In this document: piece after piece, positions 16,676 to 27,364 of the stretch
How positions within the stretch are numbered: position 1 is the stretch's first letter
Layout of the letters: every line of letters starts with the position of its first letter
Translations under genes and position numbers: made by a program
Source: Psychrobacter sp. HD31
GTDB lineage: Bacteria > Pseudomonadota > Gammaproteobacteria > Pseudomonadales > Moraxellaceae
DNA length: 32,000 nt
Assembly (NCBI RefSeq): GCF_051097895.1
Contig: NZ_CP142525.1
Coordinates: 1,230,001 to 1,262,000 of the forward strand
Direction: 5' to 3'
Notes under the pieces: generated by a model
The model's input: only the letters and a program-made list of their open reading frames with translations
The model's database searches: none
Told to the model about the DNA's origin: nothing

Positions 16676-19177
16676 ATGTCCGCCGAAACCTTTGCCAAAC
16701 AAGCCTTTAGACAAGGCATTCATCGCCCATTATTTGACTATGACAAGTACTGGGCAAGTTGCTTTGACCCTGCGCCATATCTACCAATGAGCCGAGCGGA
16801 GATGGACGCACTGGGCTGGGATGCCTGTGATGTGATTATCGTTACAGGCGATGCCTACGTCGACCACCCAAGTTTTGGCATGGCAATTATCGGACGCTTA
16901 CTAGAATCACAAGGGTTTAGAGTTGGCATTATTTCTCAGCCAGACTGGACAAGCAAAGACGACTTTATGAAGCTTGGCAAGCCTGTTTATGCTTATGGCG
17001 TAACCGCTGGCAACATGGATAGCATGATTAACCGCTACACCGCAGACCGTCGTATCCGTAGCGATGATGCGTACTCACCAGACAACGCACCAGATAAACG
17101 TCCTGACCGTGCTTCTATTGTGTACAGCCAACGTTGCCGTGAAGCATATTCTGACGTGCCTATTATTTTGGGTGGTATTGAGGGCAGTCTTAGACGCATC
17201 GCCCACTATGATTATTGGTCGGATAAAGTACGTCGCAGTATTTTGCTTGATAGCCGTGCTGACATTTTGTTATATGGTAATGCCGAACGAGCAATTGTCG
17301 ATGTGATGCATGGACTGTCAAAAGGCTATAGCCTAGAACAGCTAAGCAAAATCCGTGGCACAGCCTATCTATCAACTGCCAACAAACGCCACTGGCAAGC
17401 GGATATGACCGAAATAGCCAGTAATGATGTGGATACCATAGGACGAGTTGACCCCATCATCAACCCCTATGTGATGATGGAAGATGTAGACAACTGTAAT
17501 ATTGAGCAAGATAAATCCACAACCTCTCAGTATCAAGGCTTTAAACCCGAAAAGGTAGCGAATAAAGTCATCAACGCTGAGCAAGTAAATGATGACGTGC
17601 AAGTGGTGCAACTACAAGGTGGTAAAGACAGTCAAAACAACGCTTTTGTATCAGCAAATTCATCGCTTTCAACCATCGAAAACGGGGCGGATTTAAAAAC
17701 TACCAAATCAAAGACTGCCCTTAAACACAAACGCCCGATGCCAGCCAGAGACAAATCGGTCATCCGCTTGCCTGATTTTGAAGCAGTAAAAGCAGACCCT
17801 GTTTTATACGCCCATGCCAGCCGTATCTTACACATGGAAACCAACCCTGGTAACGCGCGTGCTTTGGTGCAACGTCATGGCGGTAGTTCATCTAATAAAA
17901 ATGATCAACACGCAATAGACGTGTGGCTCAACCCACCGCCAATTCCGCTATCAATGGAAGAGATGGATTATATTTTTGACTTGCCTTATGCTCGTCTGCC
18001 CCATCCAAGCTATGGCGATGCTAGAATCCCCGCTTATGACATGATTAAACTGTCGGTTAACATCATGCGTGGGTGTTTTGGTGGTTGTACGTTTTGCTCA
18101 ATTACCGAACACGAAGGGCGTATCATTCAAAACCGTTCAGAAGCATCCATTCTGGCAGAAGTGGAGCGTATCAAAGAAACTGAACCCAGCTTTACTGGGG
18201 TGATTTCTGACCTTGGTGGTCCTACTGCCAATATGTATCGCTTGCATTGTAAAGATGAAAACATCGAGAAAAACTGCCGTAAACCCTCTTGCGTCTATCC
18301 TGATATTTGTGGCAACTTACTGACTGACCACAGCCATTTAACCCAGCTATACCGAAAAGCCCGTGACATCGATGGTGTGAAAAAGATTTTAATTGCATCA
18401 GGGCTACGCTATGACTTAGCAGTAAAAGACCCAGAATATGTGAAAGAACTGGTGACTCACCATGTGGGTGGTTATCTAAAAATTGCCCCTGAGCATTCAG
18501 AAGAAAATACCTTAAGCAAAATGATGAAACCAGGTATGGGGACTTATGATGCGTTTAAAGAAATGTTTGACCAATTTAGTCGTGAAGCAGGCAAAGAGCA
18601 GTATTTAATCCCCTACTTTATTGCTGCCCATCCCGGCACAACCGATGAAGATATGATGAACCTAGCCATTTGGCTAAAGCGTCATGACTTCCGTGCTGAC
18701 CAAGTGCAAGCTTTTTATCCAAGCCCAATGGCAACTGCCACTGCCATGTACCACAGCCATAAAAATCCGTTAAAAAAGGTAACGCGTAGCAGTGAAGACT
18801 TGACCATTACCAAATCTGGCAAGCAACGCAAACTGCATAAAGCTTTTTTACGTTACCACGACCCAAAAAATTGGGGTATTTTGCGTGAGGCATTGAAGCG
18901 GATGGGACGTGAAGATTTAATTGGCAATAGTAGCCGTCATTTGATTCCTGAATTTAATGCGCGCCTTGAAGGTCAAGAAGGCTATCAATCTGCCCGTAAG
19001 AAAAACAGCTCAGCTTACTCATCTAAGAGTGGTGACTCAGTAAAACGTCGTAGCAATCAAAAAAATGGCAAGCCTTCAAGCAAGACCAAAAAGCCTTATG
19101 CCAATAAACGTAAACCTGTCAAAAAAGGCAACTTTCAGACACAACATACTGGTTTACCGCCAAGAAAAAGCAAATAG
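16676..19177 (+). CDS. ygiQ: YgiQ-family (UPF0313) radical SAM protein
   Basis: 833-aa ORF with an N-terminal YgiQ-type domain ([40 protein letters not shown]) and a radical SAM cluster motif [10 protein letters not shown]. The C-terminal tail is Lys/Arg/Ser-rich. Confidence 0.88.
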   Translation: MSAETFAKQAFRQGIHRPLFDYDKYWASCFDPAPYLPMSRAEMDALGWDACDVIIVTGDAYVDHPSFGMAIIGRLLESQGFRVGIISQPDWTSKDDFMKLGKPVYAYGVTAGNMDSMINRYTADRRIRSDDAYSPDNAPDKRPDRASIVYSQRCREAYSDVPIILGGIEGSLRRIAHYDYWSDKVRRSILLDSRADILLYGNAERAIVDVMHGLSKGYSLEQLSKIRGTAYLSTANKRHWQADMTEIASNDVDTIGRVDPIINPYVMMEDVDNCNIEQDKSTTSQYQGFKPEKVANKVINAEQVNDDVQVVQLQGGKDSQNNAFVSANSSLSTIENGADLKTTKSKTALKHKRPMPARDKSVIRLPDFEAVKADPVLYAHASRILHMETNPGNARALVQRHGGSSSNKNDQHAIDVWLNPPPIPLSMEEMDYIFDLPYARLPHPSYGDARIPAYDMIKLSVNIMRGCFGGCTFCSITEHEGRIIQNRSEASILAEVERIKETEPSFTGVISDLGGPTANMYRLHCKDENIEKNCRKPSCVYPDICGNLLTDHSHLTQLYRKARDIDGVKKILIASGLRYDLAVKDPEYVKELVTHHVGGYLKIAPEHSEENTLSKMMKPGMGTYDAFKEMFDQFSREAGKEQYLIPYFIAAHPGTTDEDMMNLAIWLKRHDFRADQVQAFYPSPMATATAMYHSHKNPLKKVTRSSEDLTITKSGKQRKLHKAFLRYHDPKNWGILREALKRMGREDLIGNSSRHLIPEFNARLEGQEGYQSARKKNSSAYSSKSGDSVKRRSNQKNGKPSSKTKKPYANKRKPVKKGNFQTQHTGLPPRKSK

Positions 19178-19192
19178 CTTACCATTAAAAAA

Positions 19193-19227
19193 AAGAAGAC
19201 TGATTCAGGATTGTCAGTCTTCTTTTG
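19193..19227 (+). terminator. Rho-independent terminator after ygiQ
   Basis: Perfect 11-bp stem AAGAAGACTGA / TCAGTCTTCTT with a 10-nt loop, running into TTTTG. Confidence 0.7.
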
Positions 19228-19334
19228 TCCCTGTTTAAAAGGCAAATAATATTATTGTTTAAAAACTTCAAACTTAACTATTAACCCTTATAATTTAAGA
19301 CACTCAATTATCATTACATTTAAAAGGATTTATC

Positions 19335-19991
19335 ATGTCTTCTCCTATCTTAAACAAAGCCACCATTGTTTTGCTAGCAATTAGCACTGCGGCTTGCACC
19401 AGTGTACAAGCGGTTAACCAAAATAACGCTTCTACCGCAAGTACAGCAACAGTAATAGACACCACATCACTCAGCACATACAATTTAGACCCACACCATA
19501 GTAATGTGCGCTTTGCCATCAACCACATGAATACCAGCACCATGACGGGTGGTTTTTATGAGCTAACAGGCACGGTAAAGTATAGTGCTAAAGCCCAAAC
19601 TGGCTATGTCAAAATAAACATACCAATGGAGAGCATGCACACCATTAGTAAACAATTTACCGAGCATCTAAAAGGTAAAGATTTTTTTGATACAACCACT
19701 TATCCAACGGCTACCTTTGAGTCTAACAAATGGTATTTTGATAACAAAACCCACCCAGAAAAAGTCACCCAAATTGATGGTAACCTAACCCTGCATGGTA
19801 TTACACAACCAATTACATTAACTGCAACCAGCTTTAATTGTTATTTTAACCCGATTGCTAAAAAAACGGCTTGCGGTGGTGACTTTACAACCACCATAGA
19901 TAGAACAAAATGGAAAATAGACAAATACGTATTACTGGGCATACCGAAAGAGGTTAAACTAGATATAGAAATAGAAGCCCTCAAGCAATAA
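19335..19991 (+). CDS. yceI: YceI-family periplasmic (polyisoprenoid-binding-like) protein
   Basis: 218-aa ORF with a signal peptide. The HSNVRFAINHMNTSTMTGGF...GNLTLHGITQPITL pattern is typical of the YceI lipocalin-like fold. Confidence 0.8.
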   Translation: MSSPILNKATIVLLAISTAACTSVQAVNQNNASTASTATVIDTTSLSTYNLDPHHSNVRFAINHMNTSTMTGGFYELTGTVKYSAKAQTGYVKINIPMESMHTISKQFTEHLKGKDFFDTTTYPTATFESNKWYFDNKTHPEKVTQIDGNLTLHGITQPITLTATSFNCYFNPIAKKTACGGDFTTTIDRTKWKIDKYVLLGIPKEVKLDIEIEALKQ

Positions 19992-20149
19992 AATGACAAT
20001 ACAGCCTGTCAAAAACAAATGAGACACTCAAGCAACACTCATTAACATAATGCCCAAACACCCCTTTACGTTTTTTGCTAAACTAAAAATCATGATCGAT
20101 GTTTAATAATAGATATTTGATAAACAGCAAAAACGTAAAGGACAACATC

Positions 20150-21811
20150 ATGCAAAAAAATAAACTGTATACCTCAATCAGTGCCACCCTACTTGTCAGC
20201 GCTATGCTGTCTGCCCTTACTGCCTGCAGCACTCAAAACACCAATGATACAAACAATACCTCGGCCAATACCAAACCTGTATTGTTAAAAGAAATAGCAA
20301 CTGCCGATATAGCAATGGGCACGCCGCAGGCTGCACCCTATACATCACGTATTGCACCACCAATCATGCCAGCGCCAATTTACTCAGTACCTAATAATAC
20401 CGAAAATTATCAAGATACTGAAACCAATCCCGTTCATCGCACCCGTGAGGATGCGATATCTACCTTTAGTATCGATACCGACACTGGCAGCTATGCCAAC
20501 GTCCGCCGCTTTTTAAATGATGGCACATTACCACCAAGCGATGCCATACGTTATGAGGAGTTAATCAACTATTTTAATTACGGCTTCACAAATGCGGTTC
20601 GTAAAAATAACGCACCTTTTAAAGTCAGCTTAGAAACGGTTAAAGCACCTTGGAAAACAACAAATAACATCATTAAAATCGCAATTAAATCGACTGATAA
20701 TATCTCAGAAAACAGCAAAAAATCTAACGCACTGCCTCCCTCAAATCTAGTATTTCTTGTCGATGTGTCCGGCTCGATGAATAGTAAAGATAAGCTAGAC
20801 ATGGCAAAATCAAGCCTAAAAATGCTTACCAAGCAATTACGTAAGCAAGATACAATCAGCTTAATTACCTATGCTGGTAACACCGAAATTGTGCTACCTG
20901 CCACCAATGGCAGTGAGCAAGCTAAAATTTTATCAGCTATCGACCGGTTAAATGCAGGTGGCTCGACCAATGGCGAAGCCGCCATAAAACTTGCCTACCA
21001 ACAAGCCAAACAAAACTTTAAAAAAGACGGCATTAACCGTATTTTGATGCTAACGGATGGTGACTTTAACGTAGGCGTATCAAACACAGATGAAATGTTA
21101 GACATCATCAAGCGTAACCGAGACGACGGCGTATCGCTATCCACCTTTGGTTTTGGTACTGGCAATTATAATGAATACATGATGGAGCAAGTTGCTGACA
21201 ATGGTAACGGTAACTACAGCTATATCGACAGCGTAAGCGAAGCAAAAAAAGCCTTGATTGATGAGATGAGTGCCACTTTTAACACAATAGCTAAAGACGT
21301 AAAAGTACAGGTAGAGTTTAACCCTGCTACCATTAGCGAGTGGCGATTAATTGGTTATGAAAACCGCATTTTAGCCGATGAAGACTTTAACAATGACAAG
21401 GTAGATGCAGGTGAATTAGGTGCTGGTAAATCGGTAGTTGCCCTGTTTGAGGTGACACCCGTTGGCAAGCAAGGCTATTTAAACGAAAGCCGTTATCAAG
21501 CTACTAATGCTAAAACAACGGATATGTCAAATGAGCTTGGCTATCTAAAAATCCGTTATAAAGCACCGCAAGGATCTTCATCAAAACTGTTAGAGTATCC
21601 AATCGTTAATAGTGTTACCACACCAAGTGATGATTTAAGGTTTGCTTTGGCGGTTGCTGGTTATGGACAGTTATTAAAGAATAGTAAATATACGGGCAGC
21701 TGGACATATGGCGACGTAACAAACTATGCCAAACAAGGTTATGGTAAAGACCCACTTGGCACACGTCACGAGTTTGTTAAATTGGTAGAGCTTGCCGATG
21801 CATTAGAATAA
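20150..21811 (+). CDS. von Willebrand factor type A domain lipoprotein (YfbK-like)
   Basis: I prefer the start at ATG 20150 (AAGGA Shine-Dalgarno) over 20099. It has a lipobox LTA-C and the MIDAS motif VDVSGSM within a vWA-like region. The flanking N- and C-terminal regions resemble YfbK-type proteins, judged from memory. Confidence 0.8.
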   Translation: MQKNKLYTSISATLLVSAMLSALTACSTQNTNDTNNTSANTKPVLLKEIATADIAMGTPQAAPYTSRIAPPIMPAPIYSVPNNTENYQDTETNPVHRTREDAISTFSIDTDTGSYANVRRFLNDGTLPPSDAIRYEELINYFNYGFTNAVRKNNAPFKVSLETVKAPWKTTNNIIKIAIKSTDNISENSKKSNALPPSNLVFLVDVSGSMNSKDKLDMAKSSLKMLTKQLRKQDTISLITYAGNTEIVLPATNGSEQAKILSAIDRLNAGGSTNGEAAIKLAYQQAKQNFKKDGINRILMLTDGDFNVGVSNTDEMLDIIKRNRDDGVSLSTFGFGTGNYNEYMMEQVADNGNGNYSYIDSVSEAKKALIDEMSATFNTIAKDVKVQVEFNPATISEWRLIGYENRILADEDFNNDKVDAGELGAGKSVVALFEVTPVGKQGYLNESRYQATNAKTTDMSNELGYLKIRYKAPQGSSSKLLEYPIVNSVTTPSDDLRFALAVAGYGQLLKNSKYTGSWTYGDVTNYAKQGYGKDPLGTRHEFVKLVELADALE

Positions 21812-21836
21812 CTTTGCATACTTAAGGTTTTACAGT

Positions 21837-21872
21837 AGGTCGTGTTAGCGAAGCGCTAGCGTAACACGACCT
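21837..21872. terminator. GC-rich hairpin between the convergent vWA gene and hemA (possible bidirectional terminator)
   Basis: Perfect 11-bp stem AGGTCGTGTTA / TAACACGACCT encloses a 14-nt segment that can itself fold (TAGCG-AAG-CGCTA). There are no strong T-runs on either side. Confidence 0.45.
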
Positions 21873-21925
21873 TCACACTTATTTAAAATAAGAATTTAAC
21901 TCATTCAAAATATAAAGCGTCAAAA

Positions 21926-23272
21926 CTATTTCCTTCTATACGCCTCATTCAGCGTATCAACCACCATATCCATGGTATCGGTATCACCATTACTAGCAAC
22001 TTTTCTCATCAACTTAGACGGAGCATGCGTTAAGGTTTGGGTTAACTTACGAGTTAGCTCTTCCATCACCAATTCAGTTGATTCATCACTAACCTGTAAT
22101 TGATGCAGCGCCTCAATAAGCAACTTTTGGGCATGCCTATGTGCTTCTTCTCGGTATGCCTGAATATCACCGCCCACTTGCCTTACCTGAAAACGCCGTT
22201 CAATATTCACCACCAGCTGACTCACCATCAACTCAGCATCTACCGCTGCCTGCCGACGTTGTTCAATATTGCCAGAAATCACATGTTGCAAATCATCAAT
22301 AGAATACAAATAAACTTCATCCAGCTTGTTTACTTTTTCTTCAATATCTCGTGGCACAGCCAAATCTACCAACAACATAGGGCGATAACGACGTTTTTTG
22401 ACCGCTTTTTTTGCCATTTTAAAATCAATCAACCGCTCCATACTACCACTACAGCTACTGACAATATCTGCTTGTGGTAAATATTCAGCTAATGCAGACA
22501 ATGGCACAACCTCGATACTGGCGTTTGGATTAATGTTTTTTAAATCGCTTGCTAGCTGATTTGCCCTTTCTGGGTTACGGTTAGCAATAATAATTCGCTT
22601 CACACCCAATCCAACAATATGATTGGCAACCAATCGGTTCATTTCACCTGCTGCTACCAATAAAAAAGTACAGTCCGTTAAGTCATCAAAAATTTGTGTG
22701 GCAAGTTTTGCTGTCGCAAACCCCAAAGTCACCGCCTGTGTGCCAACTTTGGTATCGTGCCTTACTTGTTTGGCTGCGCCAAATACTTGGTCTATCACCC
22801 AATTGAGCTTTTTACTAATACGCCCCTGACTAAGCGACTGAGCAACAGACTGTTTAATTTGCCCCAAAATTTGTGGTTCACCCAAAATCATCGAATCCAA
22901 GCCTGCAGCAACCCTTATCCAATGGGTTATTGCCTGTGATTCTTTATGATGATACAAATAAGGGGTGATAGCAGCATGGTCGATTGACTTAAAAGCAGCA
23001 AGCCAATGTGTAATTTGCTCAATTAAGCCATTAAGTGACGGTTTATGAGTCGGATGACTTTTTGTTTGAGGATTTTGTGTGTTGTCACTTTCGTCTTCAG
23101 GCGCCAATGCATAAATTTCTGTGCGGTTGCAGGTAGACACAATCACGCTACCATGAGTTATGTTGGCTAATTGTTCTAACGCTTTTGGCAATTCTTCAGC
23201 AGAAAACGCCAATTGCTCACGCAAAGCAATCGGTGCTGTTTTATGATTAACGCCAATAACTAACAACTTCAT
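21926..23272 (-). CDS. hemA: Glutamyl-tRNA reductase
   Basis: 448-aa ORF. MKLLVIGVNHKTAPIALREQLAF...STCNRTEIY...SMILGEPQILGQ are canonical HemA motifs. Confidence 0.93.
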   Translation of the reverse strand: MKLLVIGVNHKTAPIALREQLAFSAEELPKALEQLANITHGSVIVSTCNRTEIYALAPEDESDNTQNPQTKSHPTHKPSLNGLIEQITHWLAAFKSIDHAAITPYLYHHKESQAITHWIRVAAGLDSMILGEPQILGQIKQSVAQSLSQGRISKKLNWVIDQVFGAAKQVRHDTKVGTQAVTLGFATAKLATQIFDDLTDCTFLLVAAGEMNRLVANHIVGLGVKRIIIANRNPERANQLASDLKNINPNASIEVVPLSALAEYLPQADIVSSCSGSMERLIDFKMAKKAVKKRRYRPMLLVDLAVPRDIEEKVNKLDEVYLYSIDDLQHVISGNIEQRRQAAVDAELMVSQLVVNIERRFQVRQVGGDIQAYREEAHRHAQKLLIEALHQLQVSDESTELVMEELTRKLTQTLTHAPSKLMRKVASNGDTDTMDMVVDTLNEAYRRK

Positions 23273-23521
23273 GGAGGTTTTATTACCAAAAAATTACTAA
23301 GACAAAAGTAGTACCAATGTAAAAACTTGTCATTATAACACTGATAGCATCTTGAATTTTAGATTATTTTATAATCTTGTCAGCCCTCTTTTGCTATTTT
23401 ATCTACTCTATACAAGCCAAAGAACTTAACAAAACAACTATATACTGACACAACAAACTTATCTATAATTAAAGTAAAATCAGGTTATGTTTGCGATGAT
23501 ACCGCATCATCCAACAAAAGT

Positions 23522-25390
23522 ATGGAACACTCAACAAAAAACAGCCCTAACACATTATTTTTATCTCTTTTACAAATCACAAATAAAAGAGTTAAGTCTG
23601 TTTTTGCATTTAAAAAGTCAGTCACTGCTGTATTAACAGCCGCTTGCATTTGCGTAATACTGCCAAACCAAAGCTTTGCAACCGCGGAGCCTACCCTGAT
23701 GCCATTTACCGGCTTAACCACTCAACCACGCTACAAAAAAACCAGCTTAAACGAGGCAAGCCTTTACCAGTTAATGGATGCAGAATTTGCACTTGATAGA
23801 GGTGACATTAAAAAGGCACTCAAAATTTATAAAGAACAGGCCTTTTTAAACAATGCCACCGCTGTTTTTGAGCGCGCTTTAGCACTCTCACTAAAACATG
23901 AAGAGATACAAGATTCATTGAGTTTTGTCACCAGCTGGCAGCAAAAAAATCCACAGCATACCCCTGCTGTGTTTTACACCGCTTATTTGGCATTAAAGGC
24001 GCATGAATATAAAATCGCGGGCACAACACTTAATAAAATCTTAGAAAATAATCCACAATCTGATTTAAGTGGACTCTTAGAAGGTATCTATCCACAAAAC
24101 CGAGACGAACAAGAAGTCGTACTCTCAACATTACAACAATTACACATTAAGCATAATCCTTCATTACTGGTAATTCAGGCTGGTTTATTAATGCAGTTTG
24201 GCGAATATCAGCTCGCATTAAAAGATATCAATAAAGCCTTACAACAAAGCCCAACCAGTGTCCCCTACATTACTTTAAAAGCAGATATTTTAAAACAGCT
24301 TAAAAATCCTAACGCGGTTTTTCAGCATTTGGAGGCGTCAAGAAGCGGGCTAAAAACAAAAAATACCAAAAGCCTATATTTATATGAAATTCGTTATCTA
24401 CTCGAGTTACAACAAAACCAGCAAGCATGGAACAAGCTATTAGAAGCACATGATAAGTTTTCTGAAGACAATGAGATTACTCTACTGGCTGCGTTAGTAA
24501 GTTTAGATATCAAAAAGTATCAAACGGCAAATGGGTTATTAACAAAACTTACCAAAGATCGCGTTTATAAAGACAGAGCAAACTATTACTTAGGCATCAG
24601 TGCCGAGCGTCAAAACAATTATAAACAAGCAAGAGACTACTTAAAACAAGTAAAAGAAGAAAACTTAGCACTACAAGCCCAAGAAAAAATAGTGGCAACC
24701 CATTTGCTAGAAGATGACCCAGAGATGGCAATCAAAAGTTTAGAGCAGTTTCGCACTAACTATGACATTTTTGCACCTGAAAGCTATCTATTACAGGCAA
24801 AAGTTTTAAATGCGCACGGTAAAACCGAACAAACAAAAACTTTGCTCAGTAATGCCCACGATGACTACCCAAACCATGACGACATTACGTTTGCATTTGC
24901 CAATACATTAGATAACGACAATGATTATTTTAAAAAATACATTTTGGTAAGCCAGTTGTACGAAACAGATAAAGAAAATCCCAGTTATCAAGTTGCGTTT
25001 TCTGAGTTATTGCTCCATAAATCGCCTAACTCAGAGTATGGACTTCAGCTTGCTAAGCAGGTGGTTGCGATCCCTTTTGACGATGAAAAATTTAATAGCG
25101 ACATTTATATTAAAGGGCTTAATTTGTTAGCAACCTCAGCATATCAGCAAAATGAATACACAAAAGTGATTGACTACTTAGCAGATACTTATGAAGTGCT
25201 ACCAACACTTAACGCTGCCATGCTATTGTTAAAGTCATATCAAGCCTTAGAGCAGGAAGAACAAGCTGCCGCGCTACTTGCCGACATACAAGCACGTTTT
25301 AACATCAATCCGTTAGAAACTCAGGTGGATGATAGTAACTTGATTGGCAACAGTGATGCAGCCAAACAAGACGACATCTCAAGCCGCTAA
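23522..25390 (+). CDS. Tetratricopeptide-repeat protein (conserved gene upstream of lolB, divergent from hemA)
   Basis: 622-aa ORF with a signal-peptide-like segment (AVLTAACICVILPNQSFA) and an all-helical, TPR-like repeat composition. The synteny TPR-lolB-ispE matches Pseudomonas and Acinetobacter-type genomes, from memory. Confidence 0.7.
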   Translation: MEHSTKNSPNTLFLSLLQITNKRVKSVFAFKKSVTAVLTAACICVILPNQSFATAEPTLMPFTGLTTQPRYKKTSLNEASLYQLMDAEFALDRGDIKKALKIYKEQAFLNNATAVFERALALSLKHEEIQDSLSFVTSWQQKNPQHTPAVFYTAYLALKAHEYKIAGTTLNKILENNPQSDLSGLLEGIYPQNRDEQEVVLSTLQQLHIKHNPSLLVIQAGLLMQFGEYQLALKDINKALQQSPTSVPYITLKADILKQLKNPNAVFQHLEASRSGLKTKNTKSLYLYEIRYLLELQQNQQAWNKLLEAHDKFSEDNEITLLAALVSLDIKKYQTANGLLTKLTKDRVYKDRANYYLGISAERQNNYKQARDYLKQVKEENLALQAQEKIVATHLLEDDPEMAIKSLEQFRTNYDIFAPESYLLQAKVLNAHGKTEQTKTLLSNAHDDYPNHDDITFAFANTLDNDNDYFKKYILVSQLYETDKENPSYQVAFSELLLHKSPNSEYGLQLAKQVVAIPFDDEKFNSDIYIKGLNLLATSAYQQNEYTKVIDYLADTYEVLPTLNAAMLLLKSYQALEQEEQAAALLADIQARFNINPLETQVDDSNLIGNSDAAKQDDISSR

Positions 25391-25464
25391 CCTGCTAACT
25401 GAAACCAATAGCCAACCTTTAACGAACCATATAAATTATATTTAAACTTTTAAATGAGACAACC

Positions 25465-26064
25465 ATGAAGAAGCACTTAACTATTTTAAAAGCTTTATCT
25501 ACGCTAGCATTAGCCACAACATTACTGTCTGGTTGCCAAACCATGCATCAACAACCAACAGTCAATCCTATTAATACCAATAAAATGCTTACCCCAAAAA
25601 AACTAGCTGCTTTTAATATTGATGGCAAAATTGGCATTGTCAACACAGTCGCAAACCAAGCTGGTAGTGCTTTTTATGTTTGGGCTCAAGAAGATGAAAG
25701 ATTCACCATCGAGTTGCAAGGTGCTTTAGGTATTGGGTTTACGAGAATCCAATATAATGGTCAAACGGCCACACTAGAAAATGCCGATGTTGGTACAATT
25801 GCTGCAGACGACCCAGATGCCCTTTTATTACAAGCAACCGGATGGCAAGCCCCCATCTCTCAGTTGCCTTACTGGATTTCTGGTTCTCCTGCGCCAACGG
25901 ATAGTAGCCAAGCACTCGACAGCCAGTATCGTTTATTAACTGCCACCAATGGTGACTGGGCTGCAACCTTTAATTATACCGATGACAACAAACTACCAAG
26001 GAAAATCATTTCTACAAACACGAATGGTAGTAAAGTTACAATGATTATCAAACACCAACAATAA
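25465..26064 (+). CDS. lolB: Outer-membrane lipoprotein LolB
   Basis: 199-aa ORF with a lipobox LSG-C. Its size and its position immediately upstream of ispE are as in many gammaproteobacteria. Confidence 0.8.
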   Translation: MKKHLTILKALSTLALATTLLSGCQTMHQQPTVNPINTNKMLTPKKLAAFNIDGKIGIVNTVANQAGSAFYVWAQEDERFTIELQGALGIGFTRIQYNGQTATLENADVGTIAADDPDALLLQATGWQAPISQLPYWISGSPAPTDSSQALDSQYRLLTATNGDWAATFNYTDDNKLPRKIISTNTNGSKVTMIIKHQQ

Positions 26065-26088
26065 ACGGCAGAAGTGATTGACTCCAAG

Positions 26089-26982
26089 ATGCAAACCACC
26101 AACTATATCAACACCTTATCACCCGCCAAACTTAACTTGTTTTTGCACATTACTGGCAAACGCGAAGATGGCTATCACAATTTACAAACACTTTTCCGTT
26201 TATTAAATTGGGGCGACAAAATGCAATTTCGGCTAAGTCAGCAAACAATCAATGCTGATGAACCACCTATCAGATTACATTGTGACGTTGATTTAACTGC
26301 TAATTTACAAGATAACTTAATCATCAAAGCTGCGTATGCTTTGTTAAAGGACATACCTAACACTCAAAAAAAAACGCTCAATATCGTTGACATACACTTA
26401 ACTAAAATCATACCAACAGGTGCTGGTTTGGGGGGTGGCTCATCAAATGCTGCAACAACGTTATTGGCATTAAATGACCTATGGCAATTGGGGCTTAGCT
26501 CTCAACAACTACAAAAAATTGGGGTAACACTAGGTGCCGATGTGCCCATCTTTATTTATGGGCAAGATGCAATTGCAGAAGGTGTTGGTGATATTTTGAG
26601 CCCTATTAAATTGCCTAAGCAACAATTTTTACTGTTAACACCCTTAGCTCATATCTCAACCGCTCAGCTATTTGCACACCCTAAACTTAAAAGAGATATT
26701 AAAAAACTGCCCGTTGACGTGTTACAAGAAAATTCACAGGATTTTTTAGATACGTTAAGCTCGTCTTTTTATAATGTCTTTGAACCCGTTGTTTGCCAGC
26801 TTAGTACAGAAGTCACCGAAGCGTTAAACTATCTCAAACAATTTGAATCGGTTTGCAAAAGCACCGCAAGGATGACTGGTTCGGGTAGTTGTGTGTTTTT
26901 ACCAGTTACTAAGCAGACAGAGGATATAAATAGTTGGATAAAACAAGCACCCTGCCCTGCTTTTTTTGTTGAATCTGTATGA
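26089..26982 (+). CDS. ispE: 4-diphosphocytidyl-2-C-methyl-D-erythritol kinase
   Basis: SPAKLNLFLHITGKREDGYHNLQTLF...PTGAGLGGGSSNAA...GADVPIF...MTGSGSCVF are GHMP-kinase/IspE motifs. ATG 26089 gives an E. coli-like N-terminus. The ORF-track alternative is GTG 26074. Confidence 0.9.
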   Translation: MQTTNYINTLSPAKLNLFLHITGKREDGYHNLQTLFRLLNWGDKMQFRLSQQTINADEPPIRLHCDVDLTANLQDNLIIKAAYALLKDIPNTQKKTLNIVDIHLTKIIPTGAGLGGGSSNAATTLLALNDLWQLGLSSQQLQKIGVTLGADVPIFIYGQDAIAEGVGDILSPIKLPKQQFLLLTPLAHISTAQLFAHPKLKRDIKKLPVDVLQENSQDFLDTLSSSFYNVFEPVVCQLSTEVTEALNYLKQFESVCKSTARMTGSGSCVFLPVTKQTEDINSWIKQAPCPAFFVESV

Positions 26983-27018
26983 TTGATTTAATAAGCTGGT
27001 AAACAAAATAAAAAAAAC

Positions 27019-27046
27019 TTGCATTCCCAATTTTTTTTAGTATAAT
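27019..27046 (+). promoter_or_regulatory. Sigma70-type promoter for tRNA-Gln copy 1 (TTGCAT - 16 nt - TATAAT)
   Basis: -35 at 27019-27024 and -10 at 27041-27046. It is preceded by an A-tract (UP-like), and the tRNA starts 14 nt after the -10. Confidence 0.6.
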
Positions 27047-27059
27047 TGTTCGCCCATAT

Positions 27060-27135
27060 AGGGGTATCGCCAAGTTGGTAAGGCATCAGGTTTTGATCCT
27101 GACATGCGTAGGTTCGAGTCCTGCTACCCCTGCCA
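27060..27135 (+). tRNA. tRNA-Gln (UUG)
   Basis: AGGGGTATCGCCAAGTTGGTAAGGCATCAGGTTTTGATCCTGACATGCGTAGGTTCGAGTCCTGCTACCCCTGCCA. The cloverleaf is close to E. coli tRNA-Gln, with anticodon loop TT-TTG-AT and an encoded CCA. Confidence 0.93.
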
Positions 27136-27185
27136 TTTTATTAATGAGTTTTTTGTTAGTTTTGCCGTTTTAGGCAAGTTTTGGT

Positions 27186-27215
27186 TTGACAAAACACTCT
27201 GTTTTTCGGTATAGT
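27186..27215 (+). promoter_or_regulatory. Candidate sigma70 promoter between the two tRNA-Gln genes (TTGACA - 18 nt - TATAGT)
   Basis: -35 at 27186-27191 and -10 at 27210-27215. It would give a leader of about 65 nt before tRNA-Gln copy 2. Confidence 0.45.
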
Positions 27216-27288
27216 TCGCACTAATATTTGCATACTGAAAAACTGCTCGTTTAAGTGATTTTTCTTAATTAGTCACTGCACCTATTAC

Positions 27289-27364
27289 AGGGGTATCGCC
27301 AAGTTGGTAAGGCATCAGGTTTTGATCCTGACATGCGTAGGTTCGAGTCCTGCTACCCCTGCCA
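27289..27364 (+). tRNA. tRNA-Gln (UUG), second identical copy
   Basis: This 76-nt sequence is identical to 27060-27135. Confidence 0.93.

Noticed and set aside
27060-27364. Tandem identical tRNA-Gln genes, considered as something unusual
   Set aside because: Tandem tRNA-Gln copies between ispE and prs are an ordinary arrangement in gammaproteobacteria. They are recorded as features only.
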